DNA of 64,000 bases from Tubiluchus corallicola (GCA_030141605.1 JAQGDQ010002393.1:64246-128245); one strand, 5' to 3'; shown: positions 50,451 through 60,900, numbered from the stretch's first letter. Translations and numbers: made by a program. Notes: a model not told the origin generated them from the letters alone.

Positions 50451-51623
50451 ATGAACGACCATCTGGCCATATTAGATTTCTTTTCGTTAGATACAGATAT
50501 ACATATAGAAGAGTATTTAAATAATATACTTTTTCTTTTATTTATAGTTATTTCGGGAATTCAAGTATTTTATTATTTGTTTTTTTATTCACGTTTAGCT
50601 TTTTCTAAACGAAAAAGGCAATATAATAAGGATTTTCCTATATCAGTTGTGATATGTGCTAAAAATGAAGAAGAAAATCTCACCTATATGTTACCTAAAA
50701 TACTAGAACAAAACCATAATAAATATGAAGTTATTGTGGTTAACGATTCTTCTACAGACAATACAGAAACAGTATTAGCAGAGCTAAAACAACTATACTC
50801 ACACCTTTATGTTACAAATGTAAATGCAGATACTACATTCAACCACTCAGGAAAAAAATTAGCTCTCACTTGTGGTATTAAAGCAGCTAAATACGAGCAT
50901 ATATTGCTCACAGATGCAGACTGCTATCCTCAAAGTAAAAATTGGTTATCTTCAATGGCTTCAAAGTTTAGCGAACAAAAAACAATTGTTTTAAGTCACG
51001 GGGGGTACGAAAGAAAGGGCGGCTTACTCAATAGCCTTATACGTTTTGATGCTTTTTTCATAGGCTTGCAATATCTTTCCTTTGCAATGGCAAGAGTTCC
51101 TTATATGGGAGTAGGTAGAAACTTAGCTTATAGAAGACAAGAATTTTTTAAAAACAAGGGGTTTGCAAAATATAGATTTCTTGCTTCTGGAGATGATGAC
51201 TTGTTTATTAAAGAAGTTGCGAACAAAAATAATACTGCTGTTCAGCTTAGCCCCGATAGTTTCACAATTTCAAAACCTAAAACCAAGCTTTCTGATTGGA
51301 TATTTATGAAAAAAAGGCATTTTACGACCTACAACTACTATTCAGGTAAAGTAAAATTGCTATTAGGATTAGAGGTTGTTTCTCGGGTTCTATTCTACAC
51401 TTTATTTGTAGGGCTTATTGTCTTTTTTCCTGTATTTCTTTATGACGTGCTATATATTGTAGGTGGTAGACTGTTGCTTCAGCTTATTATTTTTAAAAGA
51501 GCACAAATAGTATTGAGAGAAAAAGGTTTATTTCTATATATTATTTTTTACGATATATTACTACCTTTTGTACACCTATATATAAAGGCTACAAGCAATC
51601 GTCGTAAAATAAATAGATGGTAA
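50451..51623 (+). CDS. Membrane GT2 glycosyltransferase (PgaC/IcaA-like Bacteroidota family)
   Basis: ICAKNEE, TDADC, GRNLAY, SGDDDLF; TM helices at both ends; -7 box at 50408-15. Confidence 0.88.
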   Translation: MNDHLAILDFFSLDTDIHIEEYLNNILFLLFIVISGIQVFYYLFFYSRLAFSKRKRQYNKDFPISVVICAKNEEENLTYMLPKILEQNHNKYEVIVVNDSSTDNTETVLAELKQLYSHLYVTNVNADTTFNHSGKKLALTCGIKAAKYEHILLTDADCYPQSKNWLSSMASKFSEQKTIVLSHGGYERKGGLLNSLIRFDAFFIGLQYLSFAMARVPYMGVGRNLAYRRQEFFKNKGFAKYRFLASGDDDLFIKEVANKNNTAVQLSPDSFTISKPKTKLSDWIFMKKRHFTTYNYYSGKVKLLLGLEVVSRVLFYTLFVGLIVFFPVFLYDVLYIVGGRLLLQLIIFKRAQIVLREKGLFLYIIFYDILLPFVHLYIKATSNRRKINRW

Positions 51624-51685
51624 GAAGTCTAAAACCTAAGAATTGGGAAAGTAACGGGATTTTTAAACGTTGATACAAAACATTT

Positions 51686-52540
51686 TTAATTTTCTATCTT
51701 TTGCGACAAGTCCAATGCAGGAGATGAATGTGTAATACCCCCAACTGATATAAAATCCACACCTGTTTGGGCTATTTCTTCTACCTTATTTAATGTTACA
51801 TTGCCAGACGCCTCTATTTTAGCTCTACCATCAATAAATGCTACTGCTTCTTTCATCTCTATATTGGTCATATTGTCCAGCATAATAATGTCAGCTTTTA
51901 CCTCTATCGCCTCCTTTACTTCATTTAGGTTGGTTGTTTCCACCTCTATCATAATACCAGTGGGTATTTTACTGCGTATCTGCTCCGTTGCTTGTGTAAT
52001 GCTACCTGCCGTGCGTATGTGATTTTCTTTGATAAGTACCATATCATAAAGTCCTATACGGTGGTTAGTTCCTCCTCCCATCTTTACAGCGTATTTGTCC
52101 AAAAGTCGAAAGGCAGGCAAAGTTTTGCGCGTATCTAATATTTCGGTTTTGTAGTCTTTTATTGCTTCTACTAACAGGTTGGTAGTGGTAGCAATACCTG
52201 ACAAATGTTGAAGGAAGTTAAGAGCCGTTCGTTCTACGGTGAGTAAAGCTCTATAAGAGCCTTGCATCTTTACCACAATGTCTCCTTTTCTTACTTTTGC
52301 TCCATCTTCCACTTGGGTATCAAAATTAAAATTAGCATCTAATTTTTTGAATGCTATTTCAGCTATTGGTAAGCCTGCTATTACTCCATCGGCCTTTGCT
52401 TTTATGATAGCACTTTTTTGTGTTTCCTTAGCTATAAGGTAGTTGGTTGTAATATCACCCTTCCCAATATCTTCCTGTAATGCAAGGTCTATAAGGTGAT
52501 GAATATGTTTCAATTCTTGAGCTGTAAAGTTGGATTTCAT
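51686..52540 (-). CDS. nadC: Nicotinate-nucleotide diphosphorylase (carboxylating)
   Basis: ED...GDITT, ERTALN, DTRKT, NHR, KENH, IMLDN, EASG. Confidence 0.96.
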   Translation of the reverse strand: MKSNFTAQELKHIHHLIDLALQEDIGKGDITTNYLIAKETQKSAIIKAKADGVIAGLPIAEIAFKKLDANFNFDTQVEDGAKVRKGDIVVKMQGSYRALLTVERTALNFLQHLSGIATTTNLLVEAIKDYKTEILDTRKTLPAFRLLDKYAVKMGGGTNHRIGLYDMVLIKENHIRTAGSITQATEQIRSKIPTGIMIEVETTNLNEVKEAIEVKADIIMLDNMTNIEMKEAVAFIDGRAKIEASGNVTLNKVEEIAQTGVDFISVGGITHSSPALDLSQKIEN

Positions 52541-52546
52541 ATTTTT

Positions 52547-54118
52547 CTACTTTGATGTATATATTTTTTTACCTTTCTGCTGGTTAAAATGCAGTAAATA
52601 CTTTTTACTAACCTTAGGATAGTCCTCGCGTGTATGTCCTCCTCTGCTTTCTTTTCTTATTAGTGCTGATTGTACAATAAGTTGAGCAACAAGAAGCAAA
52701 TTCTTCATTTGCAGTGTGTAGAATTCATTAACATTTTGGGTGGCAACTTTTTGTTTCAACACATTTATTTTTTGCAGGGCTTGTTGTAGTGTCTTATGAC
52801 TTCTAATGATACCAACATCGTAAGTCATTATTTGTGCTATTTCTTTTTTAATTTTTTTATACAGTATTTCCTTTTTTGGCTCTATTAATAGGTTATTTTT
52901 TGGAAACTTGTATGAGTTTATACCTGCATTAGGAGTTTTAAAACTTTGTTCTATAGCTTTTTGAGCAAAGACAATACATTCTAACAATGAGTTACTTGCC
53001 AGTCTGTTAGCTCCGTGAACACCCGTGCAAGCTACTTCGCCACAAGCGAAAAGGTGGGCAATATTGGTTTCTGCATCGTAATTGGTCTTCACACCACCAG
53101 AGGTATAGTGTGCTGCAGGAACAATGGGAATAGGGTCGCAGGTCATATCCACCCCAAAAGAAAGGGTTTTTTCATAAATATTTTGAAAACGTTTTTTTAT
53201 TTTTTCTTTGTCTAAGTGTTGTAAGGAAAGGTAAATATTTGGAGCTTTTTCCTCTTTTAATTGTTGAAATATATGTTGTGTTACAATATCTCTTGGGGCG
53301 AGTTCTTTCAATGGATGTGCTTGTTTCATAAAACGCTCACCCTTGTTGTTAAGCAAATATGCTCCTTCGCCTCGCAAGGCTTCAGTAAGGAGAAATGTTT
53401 CGCCCATAGGGTTATAAAATGCTGTAGGGTGAAACTGTATAAATTCGACATCAGTAATAGTTGCCCCGCCATTATAAGCAAGGGATATGCCATCACCTGT
53501 GGAAATATTTTGATTAGTGGTTATTTTATAAAGTCCCGAAGCTCCTCCCGTAGCCAACAAAGTGTTAGTAGCTTGTATTTGTATGTTTTCCTTTTGCTCT
53601 ATATTGTAAAAATTTGCTCCATAACATTGATTATCTTTCACTAATAGGTTGGTAGCAGAAGTGTTTTCGAAAAGCGTGATATTTGGATTTTTTTTCACTT
53701 TTGCAGATAAAAATTCTACTACTTTTTTGCCCGTAACATTGCCTCCAGCACGTAGTATTCTTCTTCTTTTATGTCCTCCTTCAAGTCCAAGTGCTATTTC
53801 TCCTCCTTCTTTATCGAATTGCATACCCAATTGAATGAGTTCTAATATTCTCTTTCTTCCTTCTTCTACCAGTATTTTTACTGCTTTATGGTTGCATAGT
53901 CCTCTTCCTACTGCAAGAGTATCTCTAAGATGTTCATCAGGAGAATCCGTAGGACTAATAGCAGCAGCTATTCCACCCTGTGCCCAAGTAGAGTTGCTTT
54001 TTTTTAAAGAAGTTTTGGTAATAATAGCTATTTGTTTGCCCAAACTACTAGCATAATGTGCAGCATATAAACCTGAAAGTCCACAGCCTATAATTAAGTA
54101 ATCTACTTTATGCTCCAC
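52547..54118 (-). CDS. nadB: L-aspartate oxidase
   Basis: GCGLSG, WAQGGIA, QFHPT, EALRGEG, ELAPRD, HYTSGG, HGANRLASNSL. Confidence 0.95.
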   Translation of the reverse strand: MEHKVDYLIIGCGLSGLYAAHYASSLGKQIAIITKTSLKKSNSTWAQGGIAAAISPTDSPDEHLRDTLAVGRGLCNHKAVKILVEEGRKRILELIQLGMQFDKEGGEIALGLEGGHKRRRILRAGGNVTGKKVVEFLSAKVKKNPNITLFENTSATNLLVKDNQCYGANFYNIEQKENIQIQATNTLLATGGASGLYKITTNQNISTGDGISLAYNGGATITDVEFIQFHPTAFYNPMGETFLLTEALRGEGAYLLNNKGERFMKQAHPLKELAPRDIVTQHIFQQLKEEKAPNIYLSLQHLDKEKIKKRFQNIYEKTLSFGVDMTCDPIPIVPAAHYTSGGVKTNYDAETNIAHLFACGEVACTGVHGANRLASNSLLECIVFAQKAIEQSFKTPNAGINSYKFPKNNLLIEPKKEILYKKIKKEIAQIMTYDVGIIRSHKTLQQALQKINVLKQKVATQNVNEFYTLQMKNLLLVAQLIVQSALIRKESRGGHTREDYPKVSKKYLLHFNQQKGKKIYTSK

Positions 54119-54177
54119 CTTTTTATTACAGTTATTTTTATTTTCTCAATATTTTACCTTTGAATAATTGTAGAGAA

Positions 54178-55200
54178 TTAAATATGAGGTTTAAACTTAT
54201 AAATTTTATACAATTCTCTATCTTTTTTTGGTATATGTATTTGGGAAGTAGTAAAATACACGTATCCTTCATTATCTTCGGCAAAACTATCAGCCCAACG
54301 AATTTTGGGAGAAGAAAGTATTTCATAGCTTGTTCCATTTTTAAACAAGTTGATAGAGTTTGTTTCTAAACCTCCTAAGATGATATTTCCATCTTGGGTA
54401 GTAAGCATACCGTCTGTTGCACCTACCTTGCCTGCTTCTTCTACAAAACTATCTATATTCTCTATATCAGGAAGGTGTAAAACCTTTGTAGGAACTCTAT
54501 ATAGAGTATGTCCAGTAAGAGGAATGTAGTATAGATAGTCTTTTTCTTTGCTAAGAGTAATTCCATCAGAATGAACTTCGTTTTTCCATACGATATTGCC
54601 TATTACCAGCTTATTGCTTTCAGCTTTGGTGCTATGGTTGTTCTCCAAAAAACGCTTAGCTTTACCTGTTTGTAGGTTCAATACTATAATTCCCCCTTCT
54701 CCCGAATCAGTAATATAAGCAAATTGTTTTTTTTCATCAATCCTAACATCGTTAAAATATGAATTTTTATAAAATACCGAAGGTTCAAATACATATTTTC
54801 TAATGATTGTATTAGTCGTTAATGATGCTTTGTACAATATGGGTGCATTTATTACCCCTTTGAACATTGGGTTAGACGTTTCTAATATCCAAAGATTATC
54901 TAAATCATCTACAAATACGCTTTGTACACATACAAAGTGTTGCGAAGATGTATTACTGGTGTTCCATTCATCATTGGGAAAAGGTATTATTTTTCCATCT
55001 TCTTTTATTTCTGCCACAGATATAGCGTGTTCTTCTGACCATTGAGGAAAGTTTACAAAAATTCTATTTTGATTTTTTGAAATAGCAATTCCTGTCCATT
55101 GGTTGGTAGAACTTGCTACTAATAGCAAGTTTTGTTTGCTTGTACATCCTGTTATTACTAAACATAAAAAAGATGTAAAAAAAATGTTTCTTATACTCAT
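54178..55200 (-). CDS. Major royal jelly protein/Yellow-like beta-propeller lipoprotein
   Basis: Lipobox ITGC; RIFVNFP, VCVQSVFVD, NDVRID, AYITDSG, SDGI, DGM, WADS; TATATTTG -7 box at 55222-29. Confidence 0.85.
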   Translation of the reverse strand: MSIRNIFFTSFLCLVITGCTSKQNLLLVASSTNQWTGIAISKNQNRIFVNFPQWSEEHAISVAEIKEDGKIIPFPNDEWNTSNTSSQHFVCVQSVFVDDLDNLWILETSNPMFKGVINAPILYKASLTTNTIIRKYVFEPSVFYKNSYFNDVRIDEKKQFAYITDSGEGGIIVLNLQTGKAKRFLENNHSTKAESNKLVIGNIVWKNEVHSDGITLSKEKDYLYYIPLTGHTLYRVPTKVLHLPDIENIDSFVEEAGKVGATDGMLTTQDGNIILGGLETNSINLFKNGTSYEILSSPKIRWADSFAEDNEGYVYFTTSQIHIPKKDRELYKIYKFKPHI

Positions 55201-55406
55201 ATCTTTCTTTTTTTATGGCTACAAATATAGGATATTTATATTTTATTTAAAATGTATTATGGCTTATACAATGAAAAATACAACAAATTGAGTGATAGTG
55301 TGCTTCTTTTCTTGCTTAGTGTTTTGTCTTTTTCTCTCTTTAATAATCGTTTTAAGAGTTTCTATATTTTAAAATTCATAATAGAATAAATGTTTTTACG
55401 TTTATA

Positions 55407-56162
55407 TTGTTTACAAAAACCTATATTGTGAAAAAATTAATTTTACTTCTTTTTTTATTACTGGGTAGTTTTTTCTTATACGCACAGAAAAACGCTGTAA
55501 AATTAGATATTCCCACGTTTTTTGCCAAAGGACTTGGTTTGAGTTACGAGCGAATATTAACCCCTAAGAGTTCTGCAAATTTAACCCTTACATCTATCTT
55601 TTCTTACCCAATTCCTGATGTTATTAAAAATGAGTTAGGTGATACTAAGAGTATTTTTAATGAAAATGAGCTGAAAGGTTTTTCTATTATACCCGAATAT
55701 CGTTTTTATTTGGGTGGTAACGATAGTCTCAGAGGAATTTATATTGGTGGGCAGCTCAAATATAGGAATTATGAGTTTGTAGCAAATACTGTTGTTGAGG
55801 TAGATGTAAATGATGTTCCAGAGAATGTAGATACTAAATTTTCTGGTAATTATAGTCTTTTTGGCTTGGGTGTGCAGTTAGGGATACAATGGCTAATTGC
55901 TGATAGAATTTCTATTGATTGGTATTTTTTGGGCTTAGGGGTCAATTTCACTATTACAGAAATTGTAACGAGTCCTAATGAGGAAATTTCTTTTGAAACT
56001 TTGGAGGCATTGAGTAGAAAAATTCAAAATAATTTGAATGAATTGCCTCTTATTAGAAACAAAGCAATAACAAAAACAGAGGGAAACACTATTAAAACAA
56101 CAATTGATAATCTTTTAGTACCAGGGTTTAGAACTGGCATTACCATTGGATATGTGTTTTAA
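55407..56162 (+). CDS. DUF3575-like outer-membrane beta-barrel protein
   Basis: Signal peptide (start probably GTG 55428); LSYER, PEYRFY, LGIQW; ends GITIGYVF. Confidence 0.7.
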   Translation: MFTKTYIVKKLILLLFLLLGSFFLYAQKNAVKLDIPTFFAKGLGLSYERILTPKSSANLTLTSIFSYPIPDVIKNELGDTKSIFNENELKGFSIIPEYRFYLGGNDSLRGIYIGGQLKYRNYEFVANTVVEVDVNDVPENVDTKFSGNYSLFGLGVQLGIQWLIADRISIDWYFLGLGVNFTITEIVTSPNEEISFETLEALSRKIQNNLNELPLIRNKAITKTEGNTIKTTIDNLLVPGFRTGITIGYVF

Positions 56163-56290
56163 TATGCTTGAAAATTAAAGAGTATTAGAATTAATAAAAG
56201 TAAGTCTTTTCGATATATTAAAATTGGAGTTTGGCAAAAGATTTTCCTAGTGAAAAATACTTTTAAACTTAATCTAATCTTCTATATTAA

Positions 56291-58759
56291 TTAATGATAG
56301 TACATTCTTTTCACTCGGGGAGAAATACTAGTAAGTATTTCATAGGGTATAGTTTCTAACTGTTTTGACAGTTCTGTAATAGTGTTTTTTTCACCAAAGA
56401 CAATTACTGTATCTCCTTCCTTTGTTTGTGGCACGTGAGTAATATCTACCATACACATATCCATACATATGTTGCCTATGGTGGGTACTTGCTGGTTGTT
56501 GATAAGGAACTTTCCCTTGCCATTACTTAGCCTTCGGTCTATCCCATCGGCATAGCCTATGGGCAATGTTGCAATGGTAGTATCTTGTAGAGCCACTCCT
56601 TTTCTACTATATCCTACGGTTTCTCCTTTTTTTACATATTTTATCTGCGATATAATAGTTTTCAGTGTGCTAGTATTCATAAGAGGGCTACCTGTTTGAC
56701 TACTAATGCCATACAACCCTATACCAAGTCGTACCATTTCGTATTGATATTGTGGGTGTCGTTCTATACCTGCAGAGTTGAGCAAATGACGTGTAATGGG
56801 GTAACCAAGTGCTTTTATCACTGTCTGGCTTATTTGTTGAAAAGTGTTTGCTTGCTGCTTGGTGAAACTGTCAAACTGTGCATCATCGCTTCCTACAAGA
56901 TGTGAAAATATAGTTTTAACAGTAAGTTCTTTTTTCTGTTTCAATTGTGTTATCAGTGGGTGAATATCCTCTATCTCAAAACCAAGACGTTTCATTCCTG
57001 TGTCTATTTTCAGGTGTATGTAGTAGGTGTGTAGTCCACTTTTTCTAAATGCATTGTAGAATTGGTCAAGTATTTTGAGAGAATATATTTCAGGTTCTAA
57101 GTTGTATTCTATCAAGGTTTTAAAGCTATTGGCAGCAGGGTTCATTACCATTATTGGTAGATGTATGCCTGCTTTTCGTAAAATTACACCTTCGTCAGCA
57201 AATGCTACGGCAAGATAATTGACCCCATTGTATTGCAATAGATTAGCTATTTCGTAAGAACCACTGCCGTAGGAAAGGGCTTTTACTACTGCCATTATTT
57301 GAGTGGTGGGTCTTAGTTGTTTTTTAAAGTGGTTGTAGTTGTGGGTTATAGCATTGAGGTCTATTTCTAAAGTAGTGGAGTGGGTCTTCTTTTGCAATTC
57401 ATTACTTATGTGTTCAAATTTGAAACTTCTAGCACCTTTTAGTAGTATGGCTGTGTTTGTAAATTGTTTTTTTAAGTCAGAAGCAAGGAACTCCTCTAAG
57501 GTGCGAAACATTCTTTTTTTTATAGTAAAAGCATTTTGATTTCTTTGTAATGCTTCTCCTATGCCTATAAGTTGGTCTATATGGTTTTGTTGCAATAGCT
57601 GTGCTACTTGTGTGTAAAGGGCTTTTTCTGTTAGTCCTGTTTGTAGAATATCTGATAAAATAACAGCTTTTTTTGGATGCTGGGTTTGTTGGTTTAATAA
57701 ATTAGTTGCTATGTTGAGTGAAGTAAGGTCAGAGTTATAACTATCGTTGATGATAGTTGTGTTGTTCTCTCCCTCTATAACTTCCAACCGCATTTCTACG
57801 GGGGTAAGTTGTTGTATCTGTTGGGTAATATATTCCTCAGAAAGATTTTGGAGGAGCAGGTAGCACCAACAATGTATTGCATTTTCTATAGAGGCTTTAT
57901 CAGTAAAAGGTATGGTTATCTGTTTTTTTGTATTGTGGTATTGGGCAGTAATAAGGGTATTTGCTGCACTGCTCTCTATTTTTAATATGCGTAAGTGTGC
58001 ATTTTCTTGCTTGCCCCAAGAAAACAACTGTAAAGGGTTCTTTTTTGTGAAAGCCTGTATTCCTTTTTCTATTTCAGGATAATCGTTGCAGTATATGAGT
58101 ATTCGGGTATTAATGAAAAGTTGTAGTTTTTCTTTTACTTTTTTTCGTAAACTTTTGAAATTTTCTTGATGGGCATTACCTATATTAGTAAATATTCCTA
58201 TAGTGGGGTCAATAATTGGCTGTAGTTTTTGCATTTCTCCCACTTCTGATATACCTGCTTCAAAAATACCAAGTTCTGTCTCGTTGTTGAGCAACCAAAT
58301 AGAAAGGGGAACTCCTATTTGCGAATTGTAGCTTTTCGGACTTCGTGTTATGTTGTACTTGGGGTTGAGCAGTTGAAAAAGCCATTCTTTAACAATAGTC
58401 TTTCCATTGCTTCCAGTAATACCTATTACTTCTTTTTGAAATTGGCTTCTTTTATGGGTAGATAGTTTTTGTAGAGCTTGTGTAGTGTTTTTTACTTGTA
58501 TAAAATGAGCTGTATGTAGTTGTTCAAATTGTGGTCGCCAGTTGTTGATTACAAAATGCTTTACTCCTAGTTTATAAGCCTCTTCTATATAATTGTGTGC
58601 ATCGTGATTGTATCCTTTGATAGCAAAAAATAAAGTGTTACGACTATTGATAAGGTTGCGTGTATCTATTGAAATATTTTCGATGGCAACATTGCTGGGC
58701 TGCAATAATTCTCCTTCTATTATAAGAGCAATATCTGTAAAGGTGTAGTTATTTTTCAT
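56291..58759 (-). CDS. alr: Bifunctional MurF-like ligase/alanine racemase fusion
   Basis: GITGSNGKT, NDSYN, KGAR, followed by AVVKALSYG, HLKIDTGM.RLG, GYADG, CMD. Confidence 0.95.
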   Translation of the reverse strand: MKNNYTFTDIALIIEGELLQPSNVAIENISIDTRNLINSRNTLFFAIKGYNHDAHNYIEEAYKLGVKHFVINNWRPQFEQLHTAHFIQVKNTTQALQKLSTHKRSQFQKEVIGITGSNGKTIVKEWLFQLLNPKYNITRSPKSYNSQIGVPLSIWLLNNETELGIFEAGISEVGEMQKLQPIIDPTIGIFTNIGNAHQENFKSLRKKVKEKLQLFINTRILIYCNDYPEIEKGIQAFTKKNPLQLFSWGKQENAHLRILKIESSAANTLITAQYHNTKKQITIPFTDKASIENAIHCWCYLLLQNLSEEYITQQIQQLTPVEMRLEVIEGENNTTIINDSYNSDLTSLNIATNLLNQQTQHPKKAVILSDILQTGLTEKALYTQVAQLLQQNHIDQLIGIGEALQRNQNAFTIKKRMFRTLEEFLASDLKKQFTNTAILLKGARSFKFEHISNELQKKTHSTTLEIDLNAITHNYNHFKKQLRPTTQIMAVVKALSYGSGSYEIANLLQYNGVNYLAVAFADEGVILRKAGIHLPIMVMNPAANSFKTLIEYNLEPEIYSLKILDQFYNAFRKSGLHTYYIHLKIDTGMKRLGFEIEDIHPLITQLKQKKELTVKTIFSHLVGSDDAQFDSFTKQQANTFQQISQTVIKALGYPITRHLLNSAGIERHPQYQYEMVRLGIGLYGISSQTGSPLMNTSTLKTIISQIKYVKKGETVGYSRKGVALQDTTIATLPIGYADGIDRRLSNGKGKFLINNQQVPTIGNICMDMCMVDITHVPQTKEGDTVIVFGEKNTITELSKQLETIPYEILTSISPRVKRMYYH

Positions 58760-58784
58760 TTTGTGATTATTTGTGCTTCTATTA

Positions 58785-58816
58785 CAAAGATAAATATATT
58801 TTACAATGATTGTAAA
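58785..58816 (-). promoter_or_regulatory. -7 promoter box plus perfect palindrome upstream of murF-alr
   Basis: TATCTTTG on the minus strand at 58785-92; TTTACAATGATTGTAAA at 58800-16. Confidence 0.5.
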
Positions 58817-58844
58817 TCAACTTTTATCTTGGCAATATATTACC

Positions 58845-59612
58845 TTAATTGTTAGATAAATCTGTAAGCACTTCACAGCCTTTGGGGGTAACAAGAACAG
58901 TATGTTCGAACTGTGCGGACAACTTTTTATCTATAGTTCGCACTGTCCACTTATCGTGGGGGTCTATATCTATTTTGGGCGACCCTAAATTTATCATAGG
59001 TTCGATGGTGAATATCATTCCTGCCTCCATTGTTTTTCCTGAATTTTTTTTAGCTATATGGTTTACTTGTGGTTCTTCGTGAAATTTTATACCCACTCCG
59101 TGTCCCGTAAATTCATATACTACACTCAAGCCTTTGGAGTGTGCATAGCGTGCTATAAAAAAACCTATATTTCCAAATTTATTTTTAGCTCTCACCTGTT
59201 GTATACCAAGCTCTAAACAATGTTTTGTAGCGTTGATGAGGTATTTGGCTTCGTTGCTTATTTCTCCTATGGTATACATCCTGCTTGTATCTCCAAAGTA
59301 GCCACCTAAAATGGTACTTACATCTATGTTAAGAATATCTCCTTCTTTCAGTATATCTTTTTTAGAAGGTATACCGTGGCAAACCACATCGTTGATAGAA
59401 ATGCAGGATGACTTGGGATAACCGTTATAATTCAAGGTAGCAGGTATAGCCCCATTGTCTCTCATATACTCTTCTATCTTATTATCCAAATATTCGGTAT
59501 TTACTCCTTCTTTCACAAAGGGTGCTATGTAATCTAATGTTTTAGCAGAAAGCACACAGCTTTTTCGTATTCCTTCTATCTGTTCAGCATTTTTTATAAT
59601 TATTTTTTCCAT
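58845..59612 (-). CDS. map: Type I methionine aminopeptidase
   Basis: CISINDVVCHGIP, NIDV..GDTS, GHGVG..FHEEP, TIEPM, AQFEHT. Confidence 0.97.
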   Translation of the reverse strand: MEKIIIKNAEQIEGIRKSCVLSAKTLDYIAPFVKEGVNTEYLDNKIEEYMRDNGAIPATLNYNGYPKSSCISINDVVCHGIPSKKDILKEGDILNIDVSTILGGYFGDTSRMYTIGEISNEAKYLINATKHCLELGIQQVRAKNKFGNIGFFIARYAHSKGLSVVYEFTGHGVGIKFHEEPQVNHIAKKNSGKTMEAGMIFTIEPMINLGSPKIDIDPHDKWTVRTIDKKLSAQFEHTVLVTPKGCEVLTDLSNN

Positions 59613-59793
59613 TTTATTCCATTTTATTATAATTAGAGATAAACCAGTCTTTTATGTACTTGGGAACATTAGTTTGTTTCTAACTAAAAAGATTGATATT
59701 TAAAAACTAAAAGCAGTCATTTCTGCTGCCACAAAGAATTGCAAGTATAATTTGTGTATCTTTGTATTTTTTTGATTTTTTTTATAAATGTAG

Positions 59794-60342
59794 ATGAAAC
59801 GTTACAAAATAAATGATATATTTTATTCTTTGCAAGGTGAAGGTCATTTTGTTGGTACGCCAGCCATATTTATCCGTTTTGCGAACTGCAATTTAAGTTG
59901 TGAGTTTTGTGATACTGATTTTGACCTTAGAACAGAAATGAGTAAAGAAGAAATAGCAGAAAAGATACAAGGTTATGCAAGTAGAACTATTGTATTTACA
60001 GGTGGAGAACCGGCTTTACAGGTCGATAGTGAGCTATGTGTGTATTTAAAACAAAGGGGCTACAAGCTACATATTGAGACTAATGGGACGAGAGAACTTC
60101 CTAATGAAATAGATTGGATAACGGTAAGCCCCAAAAAAAAGACTTGGATATTAAAAAGGGGGGATGAATTAAAATTACTATATTTGGGACAAGATTTAAG
60201 CCTTTATGAAAATAGTCATTTCAAATATTATTACCTTCAGCCTATATCTACAGAAAATACAGAGGAATGTATAGAAATAGTAAAGAGAAAACCTAAGTGG
60301 AAATTGAGTTTGCAAATACAAAAGTTTATAGACATAAAATAA
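59794..60342 (+). CDS. queE: 7-carboxy-7-deazaguanine synthase (radical SAM)
   Basis: FYSLQGEG, CNLSCEFCDT, TGGEP, ETNGT, VSPK, LQP; TATCTTTG -7 box at 59757-64. Confidence 0.92.
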   Translation: MKRYKINDIFYSLQGEGHFVGTPAIFIRFANCNLSCEFCDTDFDLRTEMSKEEIAEKIQGYASRTIVFTGGEPALQVDSELCVYLKQRGYKLHIETNGTRELPNEIDWITVSPKKKTWILKRGDELKLLYLGQDLSLYENSHFKYYYLQPISTENTEECIEIVKRKPKWKLSLQIQKFIDIK

Positions 60343-60352
60343 TAAGTCTGTT

Positions 60353-60877
60353 ATGGATTATCTAAGAAAATTTATTAGAGAAATACCTGATTTTCCTCAC
60401 GAAGGTGTACTATTTCGCGACTTTACACCTATGTTGCAAAATGCAGAAGCCTTTAACAAGGTGATTGATAAACTGGCTGGAATTTATACTGAAAATGATA
60501 TAGACTACATAGTAGGTTTAGATGCTAGAGGGTTTATTATAGGATCTGCTTTAGCATATAAGATGAAACGTGGATTTGTGCCTGTGAGAAAGTTAGGTAA
60601 GTTACCTGCTGATAAAATTTCTTGTGAATACGACTTAGAATATGGTAAGGCTTGTGTGGAGCTGCACAAAGATGCAGTGAGGCCTAATGATAAAGTATTA
60701 GTAGTAGATGATGTGATTGCTACGGGAGGCACAGCAGTAGCTTCCATAAAATTACTACAACAATTGCAAGCCAACATTATTGAGTTTGCAGCTATTATCA
60801 ATCTAAAATTCTTAAAAGGAGATAAAAACATAAAAAATACAGGGGTGCCTGTAATGTCTTTGTTCAATTTTGAATAA
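60353..60877 (+). CDS. apt: Adenine phosphoribosyltransferase
   Basis: PDFP..GVLFRD, DARGF, RK.GKLP, YDLEYG, VVDDVIATGGT. Confidence 0.94.
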   Translation: MDYLRKFIREIPDFPHEGVLFRDFTPMLQNAEAFNKVIDKLAGIYTENDIDYIVGLDARGFIIGSALAYKMKRGFVPVRKLGKLPADKISCEYDLEYGKACVELHKDAVRPNDKVLVVDDVIATGGTAVASIKLLQQLQANIIEFAAIINLKFLKGDKNIKNTGVPVMSLFNFE

Positions 60878-60900
60878 TTTTATATGTGTTGGGGGCAAAC

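Noticed and set aside
56291-58759. MurF-Alr fusion as a novelty
   Set aside because: Common, known architecture in Bacteroidota.
59640-59730. preQ1 riboswitch upstream of queE (AAAAACTAA tail)
   Set aside because: No P1 stem with the conserved loop, and it lies upstream of the likely promoter.
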